A stretch of 64,000 nucleotides of DNA from the human T2T-CHM13v2.0 reference genome, Homo sapiens, in the NCBI RefSeq assembly GCF_009914755.1, contig NC_060935.1; one strand, given 5' to 3'. The notes under the pieces were generated by a model. The model was not told where the DNA came from and did not search any database. It saw nothing but the letters and a program-made list of their open reading frames with translations. A program made the translations under genes and the position numbers. Within the stretch, counting starts at the first letter, position 1, and each line of letters begins with the position of its first letter. This document shows positions 62,750-64,000 of this stretch, one piece after another.

Positions 62750-63162
62750 TTGTATTAGCCTGTTCTTGCTGTAAAGGAATACCTGAGACTGGGTAATTTA
62801 TAAAGAAAATTGGTTTATGTAGGGTCTTGGCTCTGCAGGCAGTACAGAAAGACGGTGTTAGCATCTGCTCCTTGTAAGGGCCTCAGGAAGCCTTCAATCA
62901 TGGCAGAGGGTGAAGGAGGAGTAGGCATATCACATGGCGAGAGCAGGAGCAACAGAAAGGGGATGTCCTAGACTCTTTTAAACAACCAGATCTCGCATGA
63001 ACTAACTGAGGGAGAACACACTTATCACCAAGGGGATGGTGCTAAACCATTCATGAAGGATCGGTCCCCGTGATCCAATCACCTCCCACTAGGCCCCACC
63101 TCCAACATTGGGAGTCACATTTCAACATGCAATTTGGAAGAGACAGACATCGAAACCACATC
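62750..63162 (-). mobile_element. MST/THE1-type MaLR solo LTR
   Basis: TGTATTAG...AATACCTGAGACTGGGTAATTTATAAAG...CCCACTAGGCCCCACCTCCAAC...AAACCACATCA. Confidence 0.85.
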
Positions 63163-63165
63163 ACT

Positions 63166-63760
<595 letters not shown>

Positions 63761-64000
63761 ATGCAGCTGTGATAAGTGCTGTGACACAAGAAACAGCAGG
63801 AGATGGTAGGAATGCAGAGGGAGGCACCTAATCCAATTGGAATAGTCAAGACGTGGCAAAATGCTCCAAAGGAAGAGATTCCTGAACTGAATGTTAAAAG
63901 ACATGGGAAGTTAGGCACTGGGAGAAGGCTAGAGGCAAAAGAGATCATGGAGCTCAAAGTGCAAAGTAGCGAGAAAGTCTGGAGTGGTATAAACTAAGAA

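Overview
Human (primate) genomic DNA, recognisable as the LIPT2 locus (11q13.4, between KCNE3 and POLD3 from prior knowledge; neither neighbour's coding exons are seen here). The only conventional gene is the two-exon, minus-strand LIPT2 (231 aa) under a CpG-island promoter. About 3 kb away on the opposite strand is a Tigger4 (Zombi, pogo-family) DNA transposon with both terminal inverted repeats. It still carries an uninterrupted 349-codon ORF: NLS, two CENP-B/Jerky-type HTH domains and an acidic C-terminus, with the DDE catalytic core deleted in frame. A splice donor in the LIPT2 promoter region and an acceptor built from the transposon's own end could express it (the region annotated as LIPT2-AS1). 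This candidate domesticated DNA-binding protein is the main finding. The rest is repeat-dense: a cytochrome c processed pseudogene with ancestral residues, an RSL24D1 pseudogene nested inside a larger TSD-flanked retrocopy, a near full-length L1MA, a young L1PA, a solo LTR2, Tigger3/Tigger7/MER30/MER33 fossils and about 25 Alus. Repeat subfamily names come from remembered consensus sequences and need RepeatMasker/Dfam confirmation.
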